From assembly GCA_020348305.1 (NCBI GenBank), contig CP070746.1, forward strand, positions 4,345,742 through 4,409,741: a stretch of DNA of 64,000 bases. Reading direction: 5' to 3'. This document shows, in pieces, positions 27,790 to 37,117 of the stretch (the stretch's first letter is position 1; every line of letters starts with the position of its first letter). The position numbers were made by a program, and so were the translations under genes. The DNA is from Desulfobacterales bacterium. Lineage in GTDB: Bacteria > Desulfobacterota > Desulfobacteria > Desulfobacterales > JAHEIW01. The notes beneath the pieces were generated by a model. The model searched no databases. It saw only the letters and a program-made list of their open reading frames with translations, and was not told the DNA's origin.

Positions 27790-29061
27790 TCATTTGCTGG
27801 AATAGGCGTCTTTGGCACTGTCTTCTATGGTCTCCAGTACCCTTTTCAGCGGAATGCCGCTGACAAAGTCGAGAACACCCGACCAGAATGAACCGGTACC
27901 GACCGCCCCGGGCATCGTATCCGAAGCATCGTATCTGGAGATGGTCGCATTTGACAAGATATGCCAGGCTTTGCGAGTGATGGGGTTGGTGAACAGGGCG
28001 GGATTGGTGTTTTTGTTGGAGGGCAGCTCGCCTAATTCTTTGACCCATATTTCTTGGGCCTCCTTGGATATTAGAAATTTGGCAAACTCGATAACCTCCG
28101 GTCGTCGGGTAAAACAGTTTACCACATCACCGCCCACCAAAATAGGCACTCGCTGCGCCGCAGACTGATCGATCGGTGGGAAAGGAAAGATGTCATAATC
28201 CTTGCCGGCCACCAGGCCGGGATTTTGCTTGCGAATGAACCCTTGTATGAAGGTCGCTTGACGGTGCATGAACGCCCGGGGAGGTTGGGTGAACAGGGCT
28301 GAGGGCGAGTCCCCAAAATTGGTCGTCAAAGCACCTGTCGGTCCTCCTAGAACATAGGTTGGATTTAAAACGATCTGACCGAAGTATTCAAAAGCCCGCT
28401 GAACTGCTGGGTGGGTCCAAGGAATTTGGTGATTGACCCATTGGTCGTAGATTTGTGGACCGGCGCTACGCAGCATGATATCTTCAATCCAATCGGTTCC
28501 AGGCCAGCCGCTGGCGGCCCCTGATTCGAGCCCGATGGTCCATGGTGTTCCCCCGTCTACCACGATTTTATTGCTGAGTGTAAGCATCGCATCCCATGAT
28601 CTCGGCGGCCGATATCCTCTGCGCTCGAATTTGCGTTTGTTGTACCAGACCAGGCTTTTGATACTCGGAAAAACAAAAAGGCCGAATAGTTTTCCATTGA
28701 CATATCCAAGCGGTTTTAGAGCATCCAAAATCCCAGAGGGATCTATCAGCCCCTCAAAACATACGATCTGATTGGTTTTGGCCCACTCTGCCTGTAGTCC
28801 AAGCCAAGGGTGCGGTGTCAGATCTGGCGGGTTACCCGCCGCCAGCCGGGTTGCTAAATAGGCCGGGCGGTCACGCCCGACGACCTCTACAATGACTTCG
28901 ATCTCGGGATGCTTGCCCATGTATACCTTGACAATTTTTTCGAAAGCTTCCCCCTGTTGGGCGGGCCAGCCATGCACCACGTTAACTTTAGCTGCAAAGA
29001 CATACGTGGCAAAAAAGATAGGAAAGTTTATGACCACGATAAATACTATCAATTTTTTCAA
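27790..29061 (-). CDS. ABC transporter extracellular solute-binding protein (sugar type)
   Basis: 423 aa with signal peptide MKKLIVFIVVINFPIFFATYVFA. Family-1 SBP-like, co-oriented with the two permeases. Confidence 0.8.
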   Translation of the reverse strand: MKKLIVFIVVINFPIFFATYVFAAKVNVVHGWPAQQGEAFEKIVKVYMGKHPEIEVIVEVVGRDRPAYLATRLAAGNPPDLTPHPWLGLQAEWAKTNQIVCFEGLIDPSGILDALKPLGYVNGKLFGLFVFPSIKSLVWYNKRKFERRGYRPPRSWDAMLTLSNKIVVDGGTPWTIGLESGAASGWPGTDWIEDIMLRSAGPQIYDQWVNHQIPWTHPAVQRAFEYFGQIVLNPTYVLGGPTGALTTNFGDSPSALFTQPPRAFMHRQATFIQGFIRKQNPGLVAGKDYDIFPFPPIDQSAAQRVPILVGGDVVNCFTRRPEVIEFAKFLISKEAQEIWVKELGELPSNKNTNPALFTNPITRKAWHILSNATISRYDASDTMPGAVGTGSFWSGVLDFVSGIPLKRVLETIEDSAKDAYSSK

Positions 29062-29116
29062 AATGTTAAGTCGCCTATTGATCTATTTGGTTGTTGTTAC
29101 GTAAGGTACCGTTGCC

Positions 29117-29278
29117 CTATTCTTGAGTTTTGTGAGTCCGCAGCATCTCCACAATGGCCCAATAAACCTTTTGAGAAGCCGCATCCAGTGGCGTTAAGCC
29201 ATCTTCGTTTTTGGCATCGACATCGGCGCACTTGGCAATCTTTTCAACCAACGCTGCTTTTTTGTTGCTTTCTGCCAT
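29117..29278 (-). CDS. possible 53-aa single-ankyrin-repeat protein
   Basis: DVDAKNEDGLTPLDAASQKVYWAIVEMLRTH resembles one ANK repeat. I trimmed it to the ATG at 29278 to avoid overlapping the MFS gene. No clear Shine-Dalgarno sequence. Confidence 0.35.
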   Translation of the reverse strand: MAESNKKAALVEKIAKCADVDAKNEDGLTPLDAASQKVYWAIVEMLRTHKTQE

Positions 29279-29300
29279 GGTTCTAATCAAGTAATCGTTT

Positions 29301-30638
29301 TCATTCCGTCGCCAGTAAAGCTGCTTGTTCTTTGCCTTTTTCTTCATCAACAAAATAAAAAAGAATCGCACCCAGCAGAAATAGAATTAGAATTGATGCG
29401 ATACTCCAGCGAGAGGCCAACTGTCCCACGGCGGAAACCTGTTCGGGTGTGGGGGCAGGCGGCATGAGAATTCGTTTGACAGTGAGACCGACAATTCCCA
29501 TCAGGGCCGGTCCGATAATAACGGCAAATTTGCCCAGCATGTTATAAAACCCATAGTATTCGGCTGCCTGGTTTTTGGGAATCAAGCGCGAATAATATGA
29601 CCGGCTCAGTGCCTGGATGCCTCCTTGTACAAGACCGATGACAATCGCCAATATATAAAATTCCGTTTTTTGTGTCATCATTGTACCCCAAATGGTGACG
29701 CCCATATAAATGGCGATCGCCAAAAAAATAGATTTGCGAACACTCCATTTCTCGCCAAGTTTTCCAAACACCAGAGCAGCAGGAAATCCGACGAATTGTA
29801 CAATTAACAGCGCCACAATCAAGTCATTGGATTGAAACCCCAGAGAAAGTCCGTAATCCACCGCCATGCGGATGATGGTATCCACCCCGTCAATATAAAG
29901 CCAATAGGCTAGTAAAAAAACAAATACAACTTTCAAATGACGGACCTTTTTAAATGTTTCAATTAACTGCCGGAAACCCGCATGAATAAAGCTTTTACCA
30001 CTTTCTTTTAGCGGGACAAATTTTTCTTCCGGCACCCAAAATATGGTGAAGATGGTAAACAAGCCCCACCACAAAGCCACGGAAATAAAGGCAATACGAA
30101 CGGCAGCAGCCGCATCGGGCAGTCCGAATTTTTGCGGCATCAAGGTCATGAGCACATTGATCAGAAACAGCAGGCCGCCGCCGAGATATCCCATGGAGAA
30201 ACCTAAACCGGAAACATAGTCGATTTTATCTTCACCGGCGACACTGGGAAGAAGCGAATCATAAAACACATTGGCACCCGAAAAGCCGATGATGCCCATC
30301 GCATAAATGAAAATCGCCCAGACCCATTGACCTTTCTGAACCAAAAACAATGCTGCTGTCATAAGTACACCCAGGTAGGCAAAAAAGATCAGAAATTTTT
30401 TCTTGGCCGAGCCTTTATCGGCGATGGCGCCCAGAATGGGAGCCATCAAAGCTACCAATAAACTGGCAATAGAGTTGCCGAAGCCCAGTTGTGCGGTGCT
30501 CACGTTGACATCGACACCATGGCTCCAGTACTGTTTGAAAAAAATTGGGAAAAATCCCGCCATGACGGTTGTTGCAAAAGCAGAGTTTGCCCAGTCATAC
30601 ATCACCCATCCCCAAACTGCCTTCTTCTTGGCTTCCAA
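29301..30638 (-). CDS. MFS transporter, UMF1/Atg22-like family
   Basis: 445 aa; N-terminal WGWVMYDWANSAFATTVMAGFFPIFF is typical of this family. About 12 TM helices. Confidence 0.75.
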   Translation of the reverse strand: MEAKKKAVWGWVMYDWANSAFATTVMAGFFPIFFKQYWSHGVDVNVSTAQLGFGNSIASLLVALMAPILGAIADKGSAKKKFLIFFAYLGVLMTAALFLVQKGQWVWAIFIYAMGIIGFSGANVFYDSLLPSVAGEDKIDYVSGLGFSMGYLGGGLLFLINVLMTLMPQKFGLPDAAAAVRIAFISVALWWGLFTIFTIFWVPEEKFVPLKESGKSFIHAGFRQLIETFKKVRHLKVVFVFLLAYWLYIDGVDTIIRMAVDYGLSLGFQSNDLIVALLIVQFVGFPAALVFGKLGEKWSVRKSIFLAIAIYMGVTIWGTMMTQKTEFYILAIVIGLVQGGIQALSRSYYSRLIPKNQAAEYYGFYNMLGKFAVIIGPALMGIVGLTVKRILMPPAPTPEQVSAVGQLASRWSIASILILFLLGAILFYFVDEEKGKEQAALLATE

Positions 30639-30773
30639 AGCGCTACCTCCCTTATCATTTATGCATTTGCCAGGTTTATAATTTTCGCCTTACAGACGAA
30701 CAGCTTTGGCTTGTTTGGCATTTTGAATATCGAAAATTATTTAATATTTAAAATCGAGAAGCCCCCATCTTTG

Positions 30774-31385
30774 CTACCGTCCAACCGGCACAAAATAAGT
30801 TGGCTCCTCATTTGGCGGTAGATTGGCAATCTTTTTGACTTCATTATCACGAAAGGCCCCTATGGCCACCGTGCCCAGGCCGAGGGCTATTGCCTGTAAA
30901 CAAACATTTTGGGCCGCGTGGCCGATTTCCATAAAGACATAACGGTATCCTCTTTCGCCATATTTGCGGGTGATGCGCTCATAAACTGCGCAAAACAATA
31001 ATACGGTTGGTGCTCTTGAAAGCGAACCTTGATGAAGTGCTGCCCGACTAAGTTCAGCACGTTTATCTCCGGTAACGGTTTGAACCAGTGAATGATCATG
31101 ATATTTGTATTTGTAAATTCCCTCAGAAAGGTCATTTACTTTGCCGGCCACCAGATACACTTCCAGTGGATAAAGTGCTCCGGCCGACGGTGCGGTTCGA
31201 TAGCCTCTTGGTGCGGTGATGCCCTGAGCCGCCCATAAAAGCTGGGAAACTTCAGCCAGGGTCAAAGGCTCATTTTTATACTTTCTAACAGAACGGCGGG
31301 AGAACAAGGCATGTTCGACAGATACGGAACCGTCATATCTCGGTTCAGGAAGGCGTATGGTTTCCTGCGCGTTTGGACTGGACAT
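30774..31385 (-). CDS. SagB/ThcOx-type nitroreductase-fold dehydrogenase
   Basis: RRSVRKY, LLWAAQGIT, RTAPSAGALYPLEVY. I preferred the ATG at 31385 (AGGA upstream) over the TTG at 31439. Confidence 0.75.
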   Translation of the reverse strand: MSSPNAQETIRLPEPRYDGSVSVEHALFSRRSVRKYKNEPLTLAEVSQLLWAAQGITAPRGYRTAPSAGALYPLEVYLVAGKVNDLSEGIYKYKYHDHSLVQTVTGDKRAELSRAALHQGSLSRAPTVLLFCAVYERITRKYGERGYRYVFMEIGHAAQNVCLQAIALGLGTVAIGAFRDNEVKKIANLPPNEEPTYFVPVGR

Positions 31386-31470
31386 ATACTTGTTCCTTCC
31401 GTTAAGGTGGAAGGGATAGACGCAACCCCACAAACGCAAAATTAAGAAGCAGATTCAATTAAAAGGTGTA

Positions 31471-31631
31471 TAGAATATCGAATACCCGCCCGTTTCGCCT
31501 TGCTCGCATGGCGGGCGTGGTGGCGGGCGGGTCGAACAAGGAATTTCGAACAGCAGAAGTTATTTTAAGCATTCAGATAATCTTTTTTACCTCGATATTC
31601 TGCGGTTCCTTGTTCTGCAGTCCTGCGGTTC
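31471..31631. repeat. composite repeat: interleaved inverted repeats, a 14-nt-period low-complexity stretch and a GC-rich hairpin
   Basis: gaatatcga (31473-81) / tcgatattc (31592-600). gaacaaggaa (31534-43) / ttccttgttc (31606-15). cccgcccg (31485-92) / cgggcggg (31524-31). tcgaacaaggaatt|tcgaacagcagaag has a 14-nt period. Confidence 0.7.
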
Positions 31632-31685
31632 AAAATAAACTACACACATTAGCGGGTAGCGGTTTAATTTTATTACCATCCGGTT

Positions 31686-34600
31686 CTAGTGTTTGCTATT
31701 GACATCCATGATGCGCTGATGAAGCCGCTCCGCCCGCAAACAGAAGGTTTCTAATTTAGCATCGATGAGCTGCGGAAATGGAGAGCCGTCACTTTCAATT
31801 GCTAAAAAGGGCAATTTATCAATATCGCTAAGTACTGCTCGAAGCTGCTTGTCTCTCGGCTCGGCAGTCATTTTTGCTGTGCTATTCATGGTTTCGTTAA
31901 GAATGGCTTCTGATAGCCGGTTGGGCATGCATCCAAATGGACCGATCGCAATAACACCGCAAGAATGGGAGACAACTTCGGTCATCGAACCGCCTACGGT
32001 CAGGATGGCTTCCCCCGGCAGATTTCGAGATATGTATGGTGAGGCTGTATTGATGATTTTATTTATGTCAAGGGCTTCGTTATGAACCAATCCAGAATCG
32101 GCCAGAATCGATTTGATTCTTTTTTCATAACGCGCCTGAAACTTATTGCGGATTTTGAATTTTATCTTTTCAAGGGGTGTCATGCCATCGGGATTCAAGC
32201 CCTTATCGACCATGTAATTACAGTACAAGACCCATTCGGCTATTGGTGAACACACAGTGGCAAAACCTTTTTGCGCTAATCGTTCGGTCAAATACTGACG
32301 CGAGAGCGCATCGCGGCGCACAAATATCTCTCCGGTCAACGTGATGGTGGGTACGGTTATCGGTGGGCGTTTCAACGGAATGCTCCGAAAACGCTCAGCA
32401 CTTTGCGATAATTGATACTCTAAGCTATCGTAATCGCCCTGTTCCAATTCGTTTAGAATTTTTGCCCATTCCTCTTTGAAAATCGTCATGGCCGAAATGG
32501 TGTCTGTTGAGTTTGCCAAAAGCATTGAGCGAGTATCTTCGATCACATCCGATACGATGACCGCCCACCAGCCTCTGCGGTCGAAATCATCATCCATACC
32601 CACATATGAATTTTCGGATGACAGTAAAAACATGGCCACATCCGGTATTTCAAGGCGTTTTACCAGATCTTCCATGAAGATATAATACTGGCCGAAGCGA
32701 CAGGGTCCAGAACCGGTTGCGAAGAAATAGACCAACACTTCATCATCCCGTTTACCGTTGTGGATGTAGCTGAGAAGGGTGCCGGTAGTCAGAATTAATG
32801 GCAAACATTCCTTGCAAGACGTATTGGCACGACCCAGTTTTAATACGGCTTCGTCTGATTCTTGATGCGCTTTTGCATGGTAACCGAATCCCTTTAAAAC
32901 AGCAGCAAATGCTTCAGAACTATACCTGCCCATGGACGGCAGTAAAACGGTGACCCGCGGGTCGGTCAGAGGCAGCATTTCGCCTTTTGAATTAACGACC
33001 TTTACCGTTCCGTTATCCAGAACCATACGGGCGGGTACAAATGAGCGTTTTTTTTGGACGATTTCTTTTCTGGCAACCAATTGCCGGTATGCATGGACGA
33101 TATCCAGAAAGGCTTCCACCCGTGTTTCCAAACCGGCATCGGCTGTGTGGCTATCCAGTTCCAGTGTTAAAGAGGGTTTGCGGTCCATGATTTCTCGAAA
33201 ATATCCGACCACAAAAGAATCCGGTCCGCAGGAGAAATTGGTGATATAGGTCCCGAACAACTGGGGATGGCGCTGAACCAATCGGCTGGCTTTCATGATC
33301 AATTGTCCCATTCCCCAGTACATGTGTCGCTTTGAATGCTCTGCATCAAATTCAAGAAAATCAAATGGTATCACCAGGATGCCTCTGGAGGCAAACTTGT
33401 GGGGTATCCCCATATGGGCTTCTTCCACAAAGCCGTTGTATGGCCGGGAGAAAAGTATTACGGCAAATTTATCAGGATCTGCTTCAAGTCCCGCCATGGC
33501 TTTGCGGCCGGTTGCTTTGATTTCCGCAAAGCAGGCCATTTGCTGTTTTAATGCATTATCAAAAGCCCGCCTGGCAGCCTTGCGGCTTACGCCCATTTTA
33601 AGGGCGGTTTTAACCATTGGATCTCTGGCATCCTTTAGTCCGGAGGATAGATCGATGAGGGGGGTTAAAAGCGTGGTGCCTTTTTGGGTGAGTTGATCCA
33701 ATTTTTTGCGGAAAGTTGTTCGAAGATAATATGTTTCCCCTTGCACCAAAGGACACACCTGGGATTGGGAACTCGAATTGGTATCGTTATCTCCCGGAAC
33801 AGCTTTAAAATGCGGTAGAAAAATATAATCCGCTGGAATTTCCGATTCCAGCAAGCTGTAGAAAAATCCATGGGCTAGTTCCGCCGGATAACAGAACGCG
33901 GCATTGCGTTGGTCAATACCTTCCTGAGAAGGCCCATCGGGTAGCACAACCTCATATCCCAGTTCGCTGAAGAATGTGGAATACAGCGGATAATAGGTAT
34001 TTACCAAAAAGCTTCGGTTCAACGCGACGGTTCCTTTGCGCTTTTTTCCAATTTCCTGGGGCGGCTTGGCACCATACTTGTGAAAGATAAGACGCTGTCG
34101 GTGTCGTACCATGTCGAGCTTTTCCACATCATATTTGACGTTATGGCGCAAATTGTAATAGCGGTTGCAGGCGCCACCGAATGGATATCTTTTACCCTCC
34201 ACCTCAATCATTGCAATTTCACAGCGACGATCACATTTTTCTTTGCCCCCCTTGCAGATAAAGGATCTTCCGTATATTACCTCCCGGTTCACCAGTGTTT
34301 GAAGATCAAAATGGTTTTCGGTCATCAGACCGGTGTCAATTCGTTTTTTGACTTCCAATGCGACACCGAAAGCTCCCATCAAACCGGGCTCCGGAGGCAC
34401 GATAATCGGTTTGCCCACCAAAGAGGCCATGGCCAGCGGAACAGCGTTGTTATAACAGACGCCGCCCTGCATAAATACTTTTTCGCCAACCGGGCGGTTG
34501 CCTTTGACGCGGTTGGAGTAGTTCATACAAATCGAATACACCAGTCCGGCGACAATATCTTCGTGTTGAACGCCTTCATGGATGGCATTTTTGATATCCG

Positions 34601-36074
34601 ATGCGATAAAAGCGGCGCACTGATCGTTAAAATTGGGCGGGGTTTCCCCTTTCATTGCAATTTCCGCGATTTGTTCCATTTGAACGCCTAAGGTTTCAAA
34701 TGCACTCTCCTCCAGAAACGATCCGGTTCCTGCCGAGCAGGCCTCGTTCATGGCGTAATCAGAAGGGACCGCGTTGGTAATATAGGTGTATTTTGCGTCC
34801 TGACCGCCAATTTCGAATATCGTATCGACTTTGGAATCAAAATATACGGCCGCGGTCGCATGGGCGATGATCTCGTTGATGACCCCATCGGTTAAGGCAT
34901 GCAGACCGGCGATCTGGCGGCCGGAGCCGCAAACCCCAAGTCCAACGATGGATATATCCGAGGGACTGACATGCTTTTGCACCTGTTCGAGAATCGAACG
35001 GTAGCATTGCCTGGAAGCACCTACCGGATCGCTGCTGGTACGCAGATACACAGAGGCCAGCATGGCATTGTCAGCCTTTCGCATCAACACGGCTTTGGTG
35101 GTGGTCGAGCCGACATCCAGACCCAACAGGCACACGTCTCCGGATTGGATGTTTCCCCATGCGATGGTTTTGAACTCCACCTTGTCTGCAAAATCTTTTA
35201 AAGCTGGCAGACTATCAAATGAGGTCGCTTCTTTTACGAATAAATTGGATAGGCCCGGAAAAGGGGCAGTATCGTGTTCCAAGGCCCAAAGCGCTGACCC
35301 CAGCGCTTCAAAATAGGGGGCTTCTTGAGGAACGATCAATCCAGGAATCTCCTGTTGCAGATATTCGATCATCATCCGATTGCGGGCGGTGCCACCCGTG
35401 ATCATGATGTGGTGTCGATCTATTTTTTTGAGAAGTTCCAAGATCTTGTTGGCCATCATTTTGCAAAGACCGGCAGTGACCTGTGATTTGGGAGCACCTT
35501 TATTGGTGGCGTGGGTACAGTCGGATTTGCAGAAAACCGAGCATCGCCCGGAGACATGATGCGGCGTTTCCACTACCGCCCATTGGGCAGCCTCTTCCAG
35601 CGATACATTCATCCGGCGTAACTGCTGGAGGAAAAATTCGCCGGTTCCAGAAGCGCACTTGTTGCCGGTAATGACATTCGATATACGGCCGGTGCGGTCC
35701 AACGCGTATACCATAAAGGTTTCACCGCCGGCGGAGACAACGGCTGGGCAGTCTACTTTCGAAGGTTTGATAAATTGGTAAGCATATTCCACGGCTTCTG
35801 GCTCGGCGATTGAGGTCAAATTGACAAATTTGCGAAATTTTCGACCTGTGGCAGCAATTTTATCAAATCTATTTAAATCGAGCTGCTTAAAAGCGGAAAG
35901 CAGCGTTCGTTTGGGATCTCCTTCGTGGGGATGAAGAGAAAATTCGATCACGCGCGGCGTTGCAGTTTGGTCAGCAGTGATTTGATTATCCTCGCTCAGG
36001 TCCTGCTCCAATTGAACAATAGACACCGTGGATGCGCCCAAACACAGACCTAAAGAACTCAGTTTATCAACCAT
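31686..36074 (-). CDS. giant fusion: two BcrAD/BadFG-type (2-hydroxyacyl-CoA dehydratase activase-like) ATPase domains + ~850-aa DUF2229-like region
   Basis: 1462 aa. ATPase 1 has GNKCASGTGEFF, GRCSVFCKSD and ITGGTARN. ATPase 2 has LGLDVGSTTTKAV, NEACSAGTGSFLE, DQCAAFIASD and MQGGVCYN. The C-terminal region has CKGGKEKCDRRCE, NFSCGPDSF, GSGPCRFGQY and AIGPFGCMPN. Confidence 0.8.
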   Translation of the reverse strand: MVDKLSSLGLCLGASTVSIVQLEQDLSEDNQITADQTATPRVIEFSLHPHEGDPKRTLLSAFKQLDLNRFDKIAATGRKFRKFVNLTSIAEPEAVEYAYQFIKPSKVDCPAVVSAGGETFMVYALDRTGRISNVITGNKCASGTGEFFLQQLRRMNVSLEEAAQWAVVETPHHVSGRCSVFCKSDCTHATNKGAPKSQVTAGLCKMMANKILELLKKIDRHHIMITGGTARNRMMIEYLQQEIPGLIVPQEAPYFEALGSALWALEHDTAPFPGLSNLFVKEATSFDSLPALKDFADKVEFKTIAWGNIQSGDVCLLGLDVGSTTTKAVLMRKADNAMLASVYLRTSSDPVGASRQCYRSILEQVQKHVSPSDISIVGLGVCGSGRQIAGLHALTDGVINEIIAHATAAVYFDSKVDTIFEIGGQDAKYTYITNAVPSDYAMNEACSAGTGSFLEESAFETLGVQMEQIAEIAMKGETPPNFNDQCAAFIASDIKNAIHEGVQHEDIVAGLVYSICMNYSNRVKGNRPVGEKVFMQGGVCYNNAVPLAMASLVGKPIIVPPEPGLMGAFGVALEVKKRIDTGLMTENHFDLQTLVNREVIYGRSFICKGGKEKCDRRCEIAMIEVEGKRYPFGGACNRYYNLRHNVKYDVEKLDMVRHRQRLIFHKYGAKPPQEIGKKRKGTVALNRSFLVNTYYPLYSTFFSELGYEVVLPDGPSQEGIDQRNAAFCYPAELAHGFFYSLLESEIPADYIFLPHFKAVPGDNDTNSSSQSQVCPLVQGETYYLRTTFRKKLDQLTQKGTTLLTPLIDLSSGLKDARDPMVKTALKMGVSRKAARRAFDNALKQQMACFAEIKATGRKAMAGLEADPDKFAVILFSRPYNGFVEEAHMGIPHKFASRGILVIPFDFLEFDAEHSKRHMYWGMGQLIMKASRLVQRHPQLFGTYITNFSCGPDSFVVGYFREIMDRKPSLTLELDSHTADAGLETRVEAFLDIVHAYRQLVARKEIVQKKRSFVPARMVLDNGTVKVVNSKGEMLPLTDPRVTVLLPSMGRYSSEAFAAVLKGFGYHAKAHQESDEAVLKLGRANTSCKECLPLILTTGTLLSYIHNGKRDDEVLVYFFATGSGPCRFGQYYIFMEDLVKRLEIPDVAMFLLSSENSYVGMDDDFDRRGWWAVIVSDVIEDTRSMLLANSTDTISAMTIFKEEWAKILNELEQGDYDSLEYQLSQSAERFRSIPLKRPPITVPTITLTGEIFVRRDALSRQYLTERLAQKGFATVCSPIAEWVLYCNYMVDKGLNPDGMTPLEKIKFKIRNKFQARYEKRIKSILADSGLVHNEALDINKIINTASPYISRNLPGEAILTVGGSMTEVVSHSCGVIAIGPFGCMPNRLSEAILNETMNSTAKMTAEPRDKQLRAVLSDIDKLPFLAIESDGSPFPQLIDAKLETFCLRAERLHQRIMDVNSKH

Positions 36075-36388
36075 CGGTTACTCCTCAATTCAGTCTTCGT
36101 TTGAATCCTTCACGTGTAATCTGATCACCTCATGATTGGCAAAATGATAAAGCCTAGCCTTGTCTTTTGGTATCTATATTTCTGAGGAGGCCATCGGCGT
36201 ATTAAATGCAGATTATTGAATGGATATCAATTGAGTCTTGATATTATTTGAACCCCTAGTTTGAGATTTTTTCTCGTTTTTTACACTCGCAATAACCTTC
36301 TGGATACATCCCTTTCTTAATCGTAATTGTTTTTAATACTTTAATTTTGCCTAACATGCAAGGCTATTGTTTATTGATCAAAAAAAAC

Positions 36389-36425
36389 TTGACATTTAAA
36401 CGAACGTTTAATACGAGCGTTTAAT
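36389..36425 (+). promoter_or_regulatory. -35-like TTGACA followed by a palindromic candidate TetR operator
   Basis: TTGACA at 36389-94. Palindrome TTAAACG-AA-CGTTTAA at 36396-36411. CGTTTAAT is repeated at 36405-12 and 36418-25. The site lies about 20 nt upstream of the tetR-like ATG. Confidence 0.4.
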
Positions 36426-36445
36426 TCAATATAGAGGTAATACGC

Positions 36446-37117
36446 ATGATCCACGATCAAAAAACGCTTAAAAACAGAAAAAACGAAATGACCCGGGAGC
36501 GGATTTTAGATGAAGCTGAAATTCTGTTTGCCCGCAAAGGGTATCACGCCGTCAGTGTAAGGGAAATCACCCATGCAGCCAGCTGTAACTTGGCGGCGGT
36601 CAATTACCATTTCGGCAACAAGCAAAAACTGTATCTGGAGGTGTTCCGATCGCGCTGGTTGCCCAGAGCCAGTCGCGTTCATAAATGCTTCAGGGAATCC
36701 TTAGCGGCAAACGAAACCCCATCACCCAATGCTGTTGTGCAATCCCTGGCACAGGCATTTTTAGAAGGCCCGATGACCGATCAAGAACGTAAACGTCATC
36801 ATCAATTAATTTCGGGTGAATTGTCGCAACCGACCGAAGCCTTTGAACTTGTGGCGGACCAGGTTTTGCGGCCCTTATTCAATAACTTGTTGGATGATCT
36901 GCGTACCGTTATGCCGGACGAAATAGAGGAAGAACAACTGGCGCTAAATGCCTTTAGTATCCTTGCCATGGTACTGTACTTTAATCTGGCCCGACCCTTT
37001 ATTTCCAGATTCACCGGATACACTTATGACGAAACATTCAAGGCGCGCTTGGTCGATCATATCGTCGAATTTTCTTTAAATGGATTAGGTGCGAACAACA
37101 AGGAGAACAACAAGTGA
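36446..37117 (+). CDS. TetR/AcrR-family transcriptional regulator
   Basis: HTH region RILDEAEILFARKGYHAVSVREITHAASCNLAAVNYHFGNKQKLY. GAGG Shine-Dalgarno sequence 8 nt upstream. Confidence 0.9.
   Translation: MIHDQKTLKNRKNEMTRERILDEAEILFARKGYHAVSVREITHAASCNLAAVNYHFGNKQKLYLEVFRSRWLPRASRVHKCFRESLAANETPSPNAVVQSLAQAFLEGPMTDQERKRHHQLISGELSQPTEAFELVADQVLRPLFNNLLDDLRTVMPDEIEEEQLALNAFSILAMVLYFNLARPFISRFTGYTYDETFKARLVDHIVEFSLNGLGANNKENNK

Noticed and set aside
31466-31702. 78-aa + strand ORF between the SagB-type gene and the activase gene
   Set aside because: It is composed of the repeat and GC-hairpin sequence, has a GTG start with no Shine-Dalgarno sequence, and overlaps the activase stop.
34080-34691. 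203-aa + strand ORF, plus other + strand ORFs between 31765 and 35671
   Set aside because: They are antisense shadows within the 1462-aa activase fusion gene.
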